DNA from: Acutalibacteraceae bacterium | Lineage (GTDB): Bacteria; Bacillota; Clostridia; Oscillospirales; Acutalibacteraceae | Length of the DNA stretch: 63,385 nt | Direction: 5' to 3' | Assembly: GCA_045660525.1 (NCBI GenBank) | Contig: JAZRDY010000205.1 | Coordinates: 1 to 63,385, forward strand | Part shown: in pieces, positions 54,239 to 63,385 of the stretch | Numbering within the stretch: position 1 is the first letter of the stretch | Layout: the number at the start of each line of letters is the position of its first letter | Notes under the pieces: generated by a model | Seen by the model: only the letters and a program-made list of their open reading frames with translations | Database searches by the model: none | What the model was told of the DNA's origin: nothing | Translations under genes and position numbers: made by a program

Positions 54239-55645
54239 TTATCCCTCCTTAAGTTCTCTGCCGGGGTATTGGCCGGGTAATCTCTGTTGGCCGAGTCTCA
54301 AGGTGCGGTAAACATCGGCAATGGTGTTCCAGGTGGTTTCGTCAACCTGACCTGTTTGCGGCAGTTCAAATATACGTTGGAATTCTTTGACTGCATTTTG
54401 TGTGCGCAGGTCAAAAATATTGTTGACGGGCAGTGGCTGAGCTTCGAAAAATACTCTTCCGATATATGCGAGATATTCTTTGAAAACACGCACACTCGGT
54501 CCTACATCTCCGCGCTTGAGTACCACACCGGGATAAGGCTGAGTGGGAACGTCGAGGAGTTGGTTCTCTTTGTCGAGATAGTCGACCACGCCTTTATATG
54601 CACTGTAAAGACTCTCCCATGTTCTTTCGTCGATTTCGCCTGTGATTGGCAGACCTTTGTATCGCTGAAAAGCGGAAACTGCGTTGGCGGTTGCAGTGCC
54701 GTAAATGCCGTCTATTGATATTGCAGGTAAGAAATCCACAAATCTTGAAAGAAGGGTTAAAAAGTATTGCACTGTCACAACAGGACCACCGGTATCGCCT
54801 TGCTTAAGTGCACCTTTGAATTGCTTAGGAATATTCTCATAGCCTATGCCCTCGGAGTTCAACTCGGCAAGTCTTGTTACAGAGTCAAAAATATATACAA
54901 TTTTATACCAGGTAGCTTTGCCGATAATACCGTCGGGAGTCAGTGAGAATATGCGCTGGAAAGTTTTAACTGCGTTTTCAGTGTTTTCGTCAAAAGCTCC
55001 GTTTATGACGGGAATTTTCGGAATGGCGGGATAGTTGCCTGAGATACGGCTGAGATAAATCTGCATACGGCGTACACTTTCGTTAAGGTCGCCTTTTTTC
55101 AAAGGTGTGTCGGGATAAGACGGGATATTATCTGCAAGGGGCGCGTTAACAACAATTTCAATGTCATCACCGTAATAATATTCGAGAATATCAACATCGC
55201 TGTAGCCTTGATTTGCAAGTGTCTGTGAACCCCATTGTGAAAGTCCGTCGCAGGTGACGGTGGTACCGTTACAATAAGCGGCGAAAAAGGGGTTTACAGT
55301 ACCTTGTTTGCGAAGATAATCATTGAAAAGCTCGTCAACTATACGGCTGATGTTTTCATATATGTTTCTGCCGTTTATAAATTTCTGATCATAGTAGGTG
55401 TCATTGGTGATATCGTAATCATAACCTCTTGCAGTGTACCATTCGGTATATATGCGATTCAGCGCAAAAGATACCTGAGCGAAAATGTTGGCTCTGAGGG
55501 CGGCTTCATCCCAGGTGGAAAAAATCTCTGATGAAGCAACGTTTTTGATATAGTCGGCAAAAGGAATGGTAACCGTGGGTGCGTTGCTGCCCGGTGAACC
55601 TAAATGGACTCTTATGTTAGTCGGGATCTGAGGAATTACAGCCAT
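54239..55645 (-). CDS. Peptidoglycan-binding protein with three PG_binding_1 repeats and a conserved N-terminal domain
   Basis: Repeats are AVKTFQRIFSLTPDGIIGKATW, AVSAFQRYKGLPITGEIDERTW and AVKEFQRIFELPQTGQVDETTW. The N-terminal motif is IKNVASSEIFSTWDEAALRANIFAQVSFALNRIYTEWY. Confidence 0.75.
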   Translation of the reverse strand: MAVIPQIPTNIRVHLGSPGSNAPTVTIPFADYIKNVASSEIFSTWDEAALRANIFAQVSFALNRIYTEWYTARGYDYDITNDTYYDQKFINGRNIYENISRIVDELFNDYLRKQGTVNPFFAAYCNGTTVTCDGLSQWGSQTLANQGYSDVDILEYYYGDDIEIVVNAPLADNIPSYPDTPLKKGDLNESVRRMQIYLSRISGNYPAIPKIPVINGAFDENTENAVKTFQRIFSLTPDGIIGKATWYKIVYIFDSVTRLAELNSEGIGYENIPKQFKGALKQGDTGGPVVTVQYFLTLLSRFVDFLPAISIDGIYGTATANAVSAFQRYKGLPITGEIDERTWESLYSAYKGVVDYLDKENQLLDVPTQPYPGVVLKRGDVGPSVRVFKEYLAYIGRVFFEAQPLPVNNIFDLRTQNAVKEFQRIFELPQTGQVDETTWNTIADVYRTLRLGQQRLPGQYPGRELKEG

Positions 55646-56242
55646 TTAATCAATCCTTTCTGAAAGTGGAGTCAGTTGAACGTTCAGCAGAATATCAGAG
55701 CCGCCTACCGCACTGACGAGCAGACCTTTTCTTTCTGCAAAACCGTCTGCGTAAATGTCGGCAGAATAATCAAGGGCCTGATTGGTGCTTTCCGGGATGA
55801 AAGAGTTGGTTTCAGGGAAAGATTCGAGTTTTACTTTTTTTGTTTCACCGTTTTCGTCTGTTATGAGAAAAGAGTGAAGCTTCCCGTCAAGATAAACAGA
55901 AACCTTTGCATTGGCGATGGGATAAGCCTGATTGCCTGTGAATATTCTTGCTGAAAACATAGCGAAATTTTCAGGGTCGGATAAAGGTATATCATCTGCA
56001 GGCGAGATATTGGTGCTGTCTTCCTCGGGGACTATTGCTGTATCGTCAGGTGTATCATCCTCAGCTGATTCGTTGTCTGTTTCTGTAGCAATCGGCTCGG
56101 GTGATGTAATGTCTTCGGCCTTTTCGGTGATATCCGGGGTAATAGATTTTTCGGTTTCGATGCCCAGATTATGCCACTTCTCTTTAAGCTTTATAAGGTC
56201 GTTTGTATATTTGCTTATGAGTTCGTCAAGTTCTTTATCCAT
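55646..56242 (-). CDS. Hypothetical protein, first gene of the PG-binding operon
   Basis: An AGGAG SD is present. The product has an acidic low-complexity linker and a beta-rich C-terminus. Confidence 0.55.
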   Translation of the reverse strand: MDKELDELISKYTNDLIKLKEKWHNLGIETEKSITPDITEKAEDITSPEPIATETDNESAEDDTPDDTAIVPEEDSTNISPADDIPLSDPENFAMFSARIFTGNQAYPIANAKVSVYLDGKLHSFLITDENGETKKVKLESFPETNSFIPESTNQALDYSADIYADGFAERKGLLVSAVGGSDILLNVQLTPLSERID

Positions 56243-56379
56243 ATAAATCTCCTATCGCGTTTATTTCCATAATATGTATATTCGTACACGGAGAAAAAAT
56301 ACTACAGCAGTAAAAAATTGTGTTAATTTAAGGTATAGGTAACATAATATACCTAACAGATAAAAAAGGAGACGAAGTT

Positions 56380-57318
56380 ATGTGTACATCAGTAAGTTAT
56401 GGCAGATATTTTGGCAGGAATCTTGATCTTGAAAAAAGTTATGACGAAAGAGTGGTAGTGACTCCGAGAAATTTTAAATTTTCTATGCGTACTCTGCCAA
56501 CGATAGAAAAGCACTATGCTATGATAGGTATGGCTGCAGTGGCGGAGGATTATCCTCTTTATTATGAAGCTACAAACGAAATGGGACTCAGTATGGCGGG
56601 ACTTAACTTTCCCGGTAACGCACACTATCAAAAGTACAGTGAAAACAAGAAAAATATTGCACCGTTTGAGTTTATTCCATATATTCTCGGAGAGTGTAAA
56701 AATGTTGATGAAGCGAGGAATCTGCTGTCTGATGTCAATATTGTGAATATAAATTTCAGCGAAAGGTTGCCGCTTTCTCCTCTTCATTGGATAATAAGCG
56801 ACAAAGAAAAATCAATAACCGTTGAAAGTGTTAAAGACGGACTGAAAATCTATGACAATCCCTATGGGGTGCTGACTAATAATCCGACCTTTGATTATCA
56901 TCTGATGAATATCAATAACTATATGGGTCTTCACGAGGGCTTTGCCGAAAACAGGATATCAAAAGAAAAGACCTTTGACAATTATAGTCTCGGTATGGGT
57001 GCACTTGGTCTGCCTGGGGATTACTCCTCGGCGTCACGGTTTGTCAGAGCGGTTTTTGTAAAAGAAAAATCACCTGACTTTGACAGTGAACAAGAAAGTA
57101 TCAGCCACTTTTTTCATATTCTTGGTGCAGTGGCTATGCCAAAAGGCTGTGTTATGACTAAAGAAGGGGAGTATGAATACACACGGTATTCAAGCTGCTG
57201 TAATGCTGACAATGGGGTTTATTATTATACTACTTATGATAACAGCAGTATAACCTCAGTTGATATGCACCGATATAACCTTGACGGTGATGATATTTTT
57301 CAGATTTCTCTCTTGTGA
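56380..57318 (+). CDS. Choloylglycine hydrolase family protein (bile salt hydrolase/penicillin V acylase-like)
   Basis: MCTSVSY provides the Cys2 nucleophile. GRNLDLE and NNP motifs follow. Confidence 0.85.
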   Translation: MCTSVSYGRYFGRNLDLEKSYDERVVVTPRNFKFSMRTLPTIEKHYAMIGMAAVAEDYPLYYEATNEMGLSMAGLNFPGNAHYQKYSENKKNIAPFEFIPYILGECKNVDEARNLLSDVNIVNINFSERLPLSPLHWIISDKEKSITVESVKDGLKIYDNPYGVLTNNPTFDYHLMNINNYMGLHEGFAENRISKEKTFDNYSLGMGALGLPGDYSSASRFVRAVFVKEKSPDFDSEQESISHFFHILGAVAMPKGCVMTKEGEYEYTRYSSCCNADNGVYYYTTYDNSSITSVDMHRYNLDGDDIFQISLL

Positions 57319-57372
57319 CGGGATTGATTTTTTAACATAAAAATGATAAGATGTTGAAAAGGATGTGATATC

Positions 57373-58014
57373 ATGAAAAACAAAAAAGTTATTATATTGC
57401 TCGGTGCTGTTGCAGTTGTGGTTGCGGCCGTATTATTTATGGTTTTAAACGGCAACATTATTTTAGACAGAAGCGGAGAACGGGTTTTTGAAAACGGATT
57501 GAGATGGAAAGACAATGAGTATGTTGCCGTAGCAGGCAAATATCACGAAGGTAAGACTATAGCCAAGACAAAAGACGGACTTGATATAAACGAAGTCGAG
57601 GGTGACGATAGTCACACTTTCCTTGTTGTAAGAAGCTTTCTTGATCAATGGTTGGTTGTAAGAGATGATTATGAAATTCCAAAGTCGGGAAAAATCACAA
57701 AGGCGTATTGGTCATATCAGTTTATTGAAGATGAAGAATTTCTCAGTGCTTTGGAAGAAATGATAACCAAGGTCAGACCTGAATTTGAATATGATCTGCA
57801 AGGTAAGGGAATTTATGAACATACCGACAGACAGAACATGAAAGAGCTTTATATAGCTTTCGAAGGCTGTCCGGTGCCGACAATTTATCTCGGATATATG
57901 GGTACTATAGACGGAAAACTTTGTCTTGTAACAGGAAAGGGATATAACGATACGGTCTATTGCTATACTATTCCCGAAGAGTATGCCGAGGCTTTTGAAA
58001 ACTATTTATCATAA
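57373..58014 (+). CDS. Membrane-anchored hypothetical protein
   Basis: An SD and an N-terminal TM helix are present. Confidence 0.55.
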   Translation: MKNKKVIILLGAVAVVVAAVLFMVLNGNIILDRSGERVFENGLRWKDNEYVAVAGKYHEGKTIAKTKDGLDINEVEGDDSHTFLVVRSFLDQWLVVRDDYEIPKSGKITKAYWSYQFIEDEEFLSALEEMITKVRPEFEYDLQGKGIYEHTDRQNMKELYIAFEGCPVPTIYLGYMGTIDGKLCLVTGKGYNDTVYCYTIPEEYAEAFENYLS

Positions 58015-58060
58015 TAAAAAAGGACACAGCTCAACTGTGTCCTTAATTTTTGCAGTATGA

Positions 58061-59158
58061 TTATTTAAACAAATGACTTGAGTTAACCATAATAGTGCTG
58101 TATAAAAACAGTACATCCTGATTTGTAAACTCAATGTAGCGAGACATCATCGCAGGATTGATATATCTTGTATCAATAACGGTGATTTCACTGTAACCGC
58201 TCATAAGAAGCGGTGTGAGACTGCTGCCGAAAGAGTCGCGGAAAACAACAAGTTTTTTGTTTTCGTCACCCATAGGGTTAGTAATCTTTATGAGTGAAAC
58301 TGCACCCGAAAGATAGATGTCATAGTGATCTATTGCTTCGAGCTTTTCCATATTGTAAACGGGCACAGTTTTATTGTTTTCATAAAGATAAGCCTCGGAT
58401 GAAACTATCTGCTCATTTTCAAGGTAGATAATTTCATCGGGTTCAAGGTCGAGTGCTGACTGACCGTAATAAACACCGTAAAAATCACCTGCTGATTTTT
58501 CTGTATAGTCATTGACAGCTTCCATGCCAAACTGCTCACGGATATAGTTTGCAATATCTATGATGCTTTCCTGCTTCCAGTGAGTGTCTGTGTAATAGTA
58601 ATGATCAATAGTGAGCTTATCTTTTATAACAATTTCCTTGATGTCGTCATTCAGACCCTTATTAATCTGCGAATAAACATAGTCGTAATCATAGGTAGGG
58701 TATCCGTTTTTAGCAGAAAGGAAATAGTTTTTATCGGGTACGATAGAATAGTGAACATTGCAGTCTGAGCCTTGAATATAGTCTTCGTAAAGGGCGTTTA
58801 CCTTATCGTTAAAGAGTGCAATCTCCTCGTCGGTAATACTGCCGTCATATTCACTAGCGTAACCCTCAGCGATATATATGCCGTTGTTGTCTTTTTGATT
58901 GTAAACATTGAAAAGAACTTTTGCCTTTATTCTTCTGAAAGTATCTCTCAGCGGGAACTGATCGTTGACATAGCTTTCAAACTCTGACATAAATTTGCCG
59001 TTCATCAAAGTAGTATAAGAAAACTCGGGGAACTGCTGAAGCTTTCTTCTTTCCCATTCGGAGATTTCGCCGTCTTCTTTAGCGAAGAGCCAAAGAGATG
59101 CACCGCCGATTAGAATACAAAACACAAGAATAATAGATATAAATTTTGCTTTTTTCAT
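58061..59158 (-). CDS. DHHW family protein (AlgX/AlgJ-like partner of MBOAT)
   Basis: The TIDHYYYTDTHW motif and an N-terminal TM helix are present. The ATG at 59158 has a GGAGG SD. Confidence 0.75.
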   Translation of the reverse strand: MKKAKFISIILVFCILIGGASLWLFAKEDGEISEWERRKLQQFPEFSYTTLMNGKFMSEFESYVNDQFPLRDTFRRIKAKVLFNVYNQKDNNGIYIAEGYASEYDGSITDEEIALFNDKVNALYEDYIQGSDCNVHYSIVPDKNYFLSAKNGYPTYDYDYVYSQINKGLNDDIKEIVIKDKLTIDHYYYTDTHWKQESIIDIANYIREQFGMEAVNDYTEKSAGDFYGVYYGQSALDLEPDEIIYLENEQIVSSEAYLYENNKTVPVYNMEKLEAIDHYDIYLSGAVSLIKITNPMGDENKKLVVFRDSFGSSLTPLLMSGYSEITVIDTRYINPAMMSRYIEFTNQDVLFLYSTIMVNSSHLFK

Positions 59159-59171
59159 TGGTGTCACCTCC

Positions 59172-60563
59172 TTAGAATCTGAAGTAAAGGAACGGGTTGA
59201 ATGAGCCGTCAACAAGATATGCAGTTGAAACTACAAGAATTATAACAATAACAACGGGCTCGAGGATTGTGCTGATTTTTGTGTTTTCGATTTTTCTGCC
59301 GATGTTTCTGAAAAGGGGAGTAGCGGCAAGGAATGAAACTACAAGTAATACAGCATATGAACGAAGATTGTAAAGAGTATCGACAGAATAAAGAGGTAAA
59401 TCAGCAGCGCCGAACATAATCTTCAGATCTGAGAATGCCATTGTAAATGTATCTGCATTGAAAAGCACAAAAGATATTATTACAAGGAACACAACATAAA
59501 AATGCTGAATGAATGAGGGTGCCTTTTCAAGATATTTCTTAAGGAAGAGCTTTTCGATTATGAGAAGCACACCGAAATAAAGACCCCAGCTCATAAATGT
59601 CCAGCCTGCACCGTGCCAGAAACCGGTGAGACACCAGACAACCATAATATTGAAAATCTGACGAAGAGGCTTAACTCTGTTACCGCCCAGGGGAATATAA
59701 ACATAATCCCTGAACCAGGAACCGAGGCTGATGTGCCATCTTCTCCAGAACTCTGTGATGCTTTTTGAAATATAGGGATAGTTGAAGTTTTCAAGGAATC
59801 TGAAGCCTAAAATTTTGCCTATACCGATAGCCATATCACTGTATGCTGAGAAGTCGAAATAAATCTGCAGTGAGAATGATATTGCGTACATCCAGCTGAA
59901 AAGCACCGAGGGTTCTGCACTTTCGCGGTAAGCGGCACATAATCCGCCTAAAAGGTTTGCGATGAGTACCTTTTTGCCAAGGCCTATAACGAAACGTCTG
60001 ATGCCAAGGGCAATGTTTTCCATTGTGTGCTTGCGGGTGTTCAGATCTTCTTCTACGGTTGTGTATCTGACAATAGGACCTGCAATAAGCTGCGGGAAAA
60101 GCACAACATAGGTTGCTAGATTTATCCAGCTTTTCTGAACTTTTGCATCGCCTCTGTAAACGTCAACGACATAACTGAGTGCCTGGAAGGTATAAAAGCT
60201 GATGCCGATGGGAAGTGCAAGCTTGAGAAGAGGAATATCTGCACCGGTAAGACTGCCGACAGTACCCAGAAAAAAGTCTGTGTACTTGAAAATTCCGAGA
60301 AATAAAAGCGGAACCGCTACTGAAACATACAGCAGCGGTTTTGCAAATCGGGTATCCCGTAGTTTTTCAGTCAGCAATCCCGCGATATAACAGAAAGTGA
60401 TGGTAAAGAGCATCAGTACGGTATATTTCGGTTCGCCCCACCAATAAAAGGCAAGAGAGAAAATGAGTAATACCGTATTTTTGAACTTCCTCGGTGTGAT
60501 TAAATACACCGCCAAAACTATCGGCAAAAATACATATAAAAACGGAATTGATGAAAAAACCAT
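59172..60563 (-). CDS. MBOAT family O-acyltransferase (AlgI/DltB-like)
   Basis: 463 aa and polytopic. FWRRWHISL and the conserved His region (TGFWHGAGW) are present. Confidence 0.85.
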   Translation of the reverse strand: MVFSSIPFLYVFLPIVLAVYLITPRKFKNTVLLIFSLAFYWWGEPKYTVLMLFTITFCYIAGLLTEKLRDTRFAKPLLYVSVAVPLLFLGIFKYTDFFLGTVGSLTGADIPLLKLALPIGISFYTFQALSYVVDVYRGDAKVQKSWINLATYVVLFPQLIAGPIVRYTTVEEDLNTRKHTMENIALGIRRFVIGLGKKVLIANLLGGLCAAYRESAEPSVLFSWMYAISFSLQIYFDFSAYSDMAIGIGKILGFRFLENFNYPYISKSITEFWRRWHISLGSWFRDYVYIPLGGNRVKPLRQIFNIMVVWCLTGFWHGAGWTFMSWGLYFGVLLIIEKLFLKKYLEKAPSFIQHFYVVFLVIISFVLFNADTFTMAFSDLKIMFGAADLPLYSVDTLYNLRSYAVLLVVSFLAATPLFRNIGRKIENTKISTILEPVVIVIILVVSTAYLVDGSFNPFLYFRF

Positions 60564-60567
60564 AATC

Positions 60568-61137
60568 TTATGCTACGATGTCGCCTTCAAGAACAACTTC
60601 AACGCCTTCAAGAGCTGTAACAGTTGTCTTATAGTAATCCATAATGTCAGCAACGCCGTAAGCTGTTACGAGGTAGCTGCCTGTCTTAACAACAACGAAC
60701 TTCTCGGGGAAACCACACATCCAGCGTGTATTGTCAAGCTCTGTCTTGAAATCTGCAGCGAAAGCAGCAGCATCTGCACCGTCAACAAGTTTGTAAGCAG
60801 CGCCTGTGAAGCTGTTAGCGTTCATTGCGTGCATAGCAGTAGCAGCATCTTCGATGTTAGCGCTCTGAGAAGCGGGAAGCTTAGCAACAACACCCAGCTC
60901 GTCTGCAAGAGTATAGTCATACTTAGCGGGGCCTTCGAATGACATGTTAGCTTCGTCGCCACCTGCAACGGGGAACTTGTTTTCTTCTGCATAAGCAGCA
61001 AAGATTGTTGTGAGAACTTCAGTAGCATCTGCGTATGCAGGACCTTCGTTTGCTTCGGGAGTCTTTTCACCGCCGCAAGCTGCGAAAGCTGCAACAACTA
61101 CTACGAGTGCGAGTACGATTGCAAGAATTTTTTTCAT
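60568..61137 (-). CDS. Lipoprotein, unknown function
   Basis: MKKILAIVLALVVVVAAFAACGG contains a lipobox. I prefer the ATG at 61137 with a GGAGG SD over the track start at 61188. Confidence 0.65.
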   Translation of the reverse strand: MKKILAIVLALVVVVAAFAACGGEKTPEANEGPAYADATEVLTTIFAAYAEENKFPVAGGDEANMSFEGPAKYDYTLADELGVVAKLPASQSANIEDAATAMHAMNANSFTGAAYKLVDGADAAAFAADFKTELDNTRWMCGFPEKFVVVKTGSYLVTAYGVADIMDYYKTTVTALEGVEVVLEGDIVA

Positions 61138-61448
61138 TGGATTGATCCTCCTGATATAAAATTTTACCCTCTGTGGGGCATACCACATACTTATAGCATG
61201 AGTTTGATACGTAAGTAAAAATAATCTATTAATTTGTTGTGAATACAGGGGTTTTATTTATTACAAAATTGTCATAATTTTTGTGAAAAAGGTGTTGATT
61301 AAGCAACTATACGCCTATTTATACAAAAAATCTTTATATTTTTCTATATATATTACAATTGACAGCCATTAGTAAATATTGTATAATTAGGGAGAATAGG
61401 TGAGTAGCGACTCACTGACCTTAAAAATCATAAACAGGAGATGTAAAC

Positions 61449-62927
61449 ATGGACACAAGATTTGCTATTTCAAACTATCCCGATGCTCAGGCTGTCACCA
61501 AAAAGCTTGACCACCTCATCAGTCTTCCCATGCACTCAATCAACCCTGACGTGCTCAAGAAGTATGAAGAAGAATATTTCGATGCAAAATGCCAGAAGTC
61601 AAAGGCTATGATCGCAGAAGCTAAGGAAATTATCCCCGGCGGCGTTCAGCACAACCTTGCTTTTAACTATCCGTTCCCTCTCGTATTCACAAAGGCTGAG
61701 GGCGCTAAGCTCTATGATATTGACGGCAACGAATACTACGACTTCCTTCAGGCAGGCGGCCCCACAGTTCTCGGTTCAAATCCTCAGATCGTTCGCGATC
61801 AGGTTATCGACCTTCTTAACACTTGCGGTCCCTCAACAGGTCTTTTCCACGAATTCGAATACAAGCTCGCTAAGAAGATCGCTGATTCAGTTCCCACAGT
61901 AGATATGTTCCGTATGCTCGGTTCAGGTACTGAAGCTTGTATGGTAGCTTGCCGTGTTGCAAGACTTGCTACAAAGAAAAAGCACATCCTCAAGATGGGT
62001 GGCGCTTACCACGGTTGGTCAGATCAGCTCGGTTACGGTATCCGTGTTCCCGGCTCAAAGTTCACACAGGCTAGCGGTGTTCCCATGCGTCTTATGAGAG
62101 ACACACAGGAATTCTTCCCCAACGATCTTAACGATCTTGAAAAGAAGCTCAGAAGAAATCAGCTCAACGGCGGCACAGCTGCTGTATTTATCGAGCCCAT
62201 CGGTCCCGAAAGCGGTACACGTCCCCTCGATTTCGAATTCAACAAGGGCGTTGAAAGACTCTGCCGCAAATACCGCGCACTCCTTATCTTCGATGAGGTT
62301 GTAACAGGTTTCCGTATCGGTATGGCAGGTGCTCAGGGTTACTACGGTGTTGAACCCGACCTTACAATCTTCGGTAAAGTTATCGCAGGCGGTTATCCCG
62401 GTGCAGGCGGTATCGGCGGTAAGAAGCAGTATATGCAGTATATGGGCGCAGGTCTTGATGCAAGCGGCATGAAGATCAAGAAGGCTTTCTGCGGCGGTAC
62501 AATGGCTGCTACTCCCATCTCATGTGTTGCAGGTTACTACACACTTGAAGAAATCGACAAGCAGAACGCATGCCAGAAGGCAGGTCTTATGGGTGACAGA
62601 CTCACAGCAGGTCTTAACGCTATCATCGACAAATACAACCTTCCCTTCGTAGCATTCAACCAGGGTTCAGTATGTCATATGGAAACTGTTGCTACAATGC
62701 ACTTCTCACTTGACTGGTCCAAGCCCTGGCAGATCCCCGGCATCATCAAGGAAACAAGCAAGCGTAAGGCTGAAATGACTCACATGGGCGCAGCTTACAT
62801 GGCTGAAGGTCTTGTAACTCTTGCAGGTTCACGTCTCTACACATCAGCAGCTTACACAGAAGAAATGATCGACGATGCTCTTGCTCGTTTCGACAAAGTA
62901 TTCTCAAACATCTCAGTTGTTGAATAA
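61449..62927 (+). CDS. Class III PLP-dependent aminotransferase (glutamate-1-semialdehyde aminomutase-like)
   Basis: GSGTEA, FDEVVTGFR and FGKVIAGG (PLP Lys) motifs are present. Confidence 0.8.
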   Translation: MDTRFAISNYPDAQAVTKKLDHLISLPMHSINPDVLKKYEEEYFDAKCQKSKAMIAEAKEIIPGGVQHNLAFNYPFPLVFTKAEGAKLYDIDGNEYYDFLQAGGPTVLGSNPQIVRDQVIDLLNTCGPSTGLFHEFEYKLAKKIADSVPTVDMFRMLGSGTEACMVACRVARLATKKKHILKMGGAYHGWSDQLGYGIRVPGSKFTQASGVPMRLMRDTQEFFPNDLNDLEKKLRRNQLNGGTAAVFIEPIGPESGTRPLDFEFNKGVERLCRKYRALLIFDEVVTGFRIGMAGAQGYYGVEPDLTIFGKVIAGGYPGAGGIGGKKQYMQYMGAGLDASGMKIKKAFCGGTMAATPISCVAGYYTLEEIDKQNACQKAGLMGDRLTAGLNAIIDKYNLPFVAFNQGSVCHMETVATMHFSLDWSKPWQIPGIIKETSKRKAEMTHMGAAYMAEGLVTLAGSRLYTSAAYTEEMIDDALARFDKVFSNISVVE

Positions 62928-63004
62928 TTCTGATACATATTCACAAGGCAGACTCGTTTGTCTGCCTTGTACTACCTTATACTATATAAAAAGAGGTGTA
63001 ATAA

Positions 63005-63385
63005 ATGGACATCTTAGAAGCTAAAAAAATAGTTGTTGAAGCAGGCAAACAGCTCGTTTCAACAGGTCTTATTGCACGTACATGGGGTAACGTAAGCTGC
63101 CGTATCGACGACAAGCAGTTTGTTATCACTCCCAGCGGTAAGGCTTATGAAGGCCTTACTCCCGACGATATCGTGCTTGTAAATATGGACGACCTTTCAT
63201 ACGAAGGCGATATCAAGCCCTCGAGTGAAAAGGGCATCCATGCACAGTGCTATCCCCACAGACCCGAAATCGGTTTTGTTATCCATACACATCAGGCTAA
63301 TGCCAGTGTTGTATCAGCTCTCGGCTGCGACCTCAACGGTATCGAGGGTTACAGCAAAGACATCATCGGCGACCACATCGCTGTC
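63005..63385 (+). CDS. Class II aldolase/adducin family protein (3' end off-window)
   Basis: The ATG at 63005 has an AGAGG SD. ARTWGNVSCR, ITPSG and HTHQ motifs are present. The frame stays open to the window end. Confidence 0.75.
   Translation, partial: MDILEAKKIVVEAGKQLVSTGLIARTWGNVSCRIDDKQFVITPSGKAYEGLTPDDIVLVNMDDLSYEGDIKPSSEKGIHAQCYPHRPEIGFVIHTHQANASVVSALGCDLNGIEGYSKDIIGDHIAV

Noticed and set aside
1-63385. A scan for CRISPR arrays, rRNA genes, IS elements with terminal inverted repeats and transposase ORFs.
   Set aside because: I found no regularly spaced direct repeats, no rRNA-like conserved stretches and no transposase-like ORFs. The only recombinases seen are the serine recombinase at the left edge and the truncated tyrosine integrase.

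Overview
The window looks like low-GC Firmicutes (Clostridia-like) chromosome. SD sites are strong GGAGG types, promoters fit TTGACA-17-TATAAT, and intrinsic terminators are common. Most of it is ordinary housekeeping or accessory metabolism:
- trmH-like methyltransferase, NCS2 purine permease, and a Trp T-box upstream of a stand-alone trpB
- Na/Pi cotransporter, trkAH, GntP permease, BNR sialidase-like protein, pncA/niaR, Mrp/NBP35, mtnN
- a HydS-like sensory [FeFe]-hydrogenase cluster, GH43, alkaline phosphatase, and two choloylglycine-hydrolase paralogues
- a peptidoglycan-binding operon, an MBOAT/DHHW acyltransferase pair, and a class III aminotransferase

The left edge carries the 3' part of a large serine recombinase gene, followed by a 28-bp inverted-repeat pair.

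The main anomaly is a 9,644-bp island at 25199-34842. It splits a tRNA-Arg(CCU) gene exactly in its anticodon loop, with an 8-bp direct repeat CTTAGGAG at both junctions. Removing the island rebuilds a 77-nt tRNA. The island has these parts:
- **Replacement tRNA:** its own complete tRNA-Arg(CCU).
- **Arm-type repeats:** TGTTTGCA copies near both ends.
- **Decayed conjugative module:** ParB-like, SpoVG-like, pilin-like, a frameshifted A24 prepilin peptidase, CpaB, PrgI, and a VirB4 N-terminal stub fused to a tyrosine-integrase C-terminal stub.
- **Cargo cassette:** a markedly AT-richer, translationally coupled pair on the minus strand. One gene encodes a 388-aa protein with about four TM helices, the other a 780-aa protein with an HEISH zincin motif and an ImmA/IrrE-like downstream helix.

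I could not match this pair to any family I know. It is my best candidate for an undescribed, possibly defence or abortive-infection, system.

Secondary items:
- an ORF-free structured region upstream of the ParB-like gene
- an orphan structured element with a terminator upstream of mtnN
- a duplicated tRNA-Pro 3' end
- a 36-aa peptide gene missed by the ORF track
- a truncated paralogue of a secreted lipase-like gene

I saw no CRISPR array and no rRNA genes.
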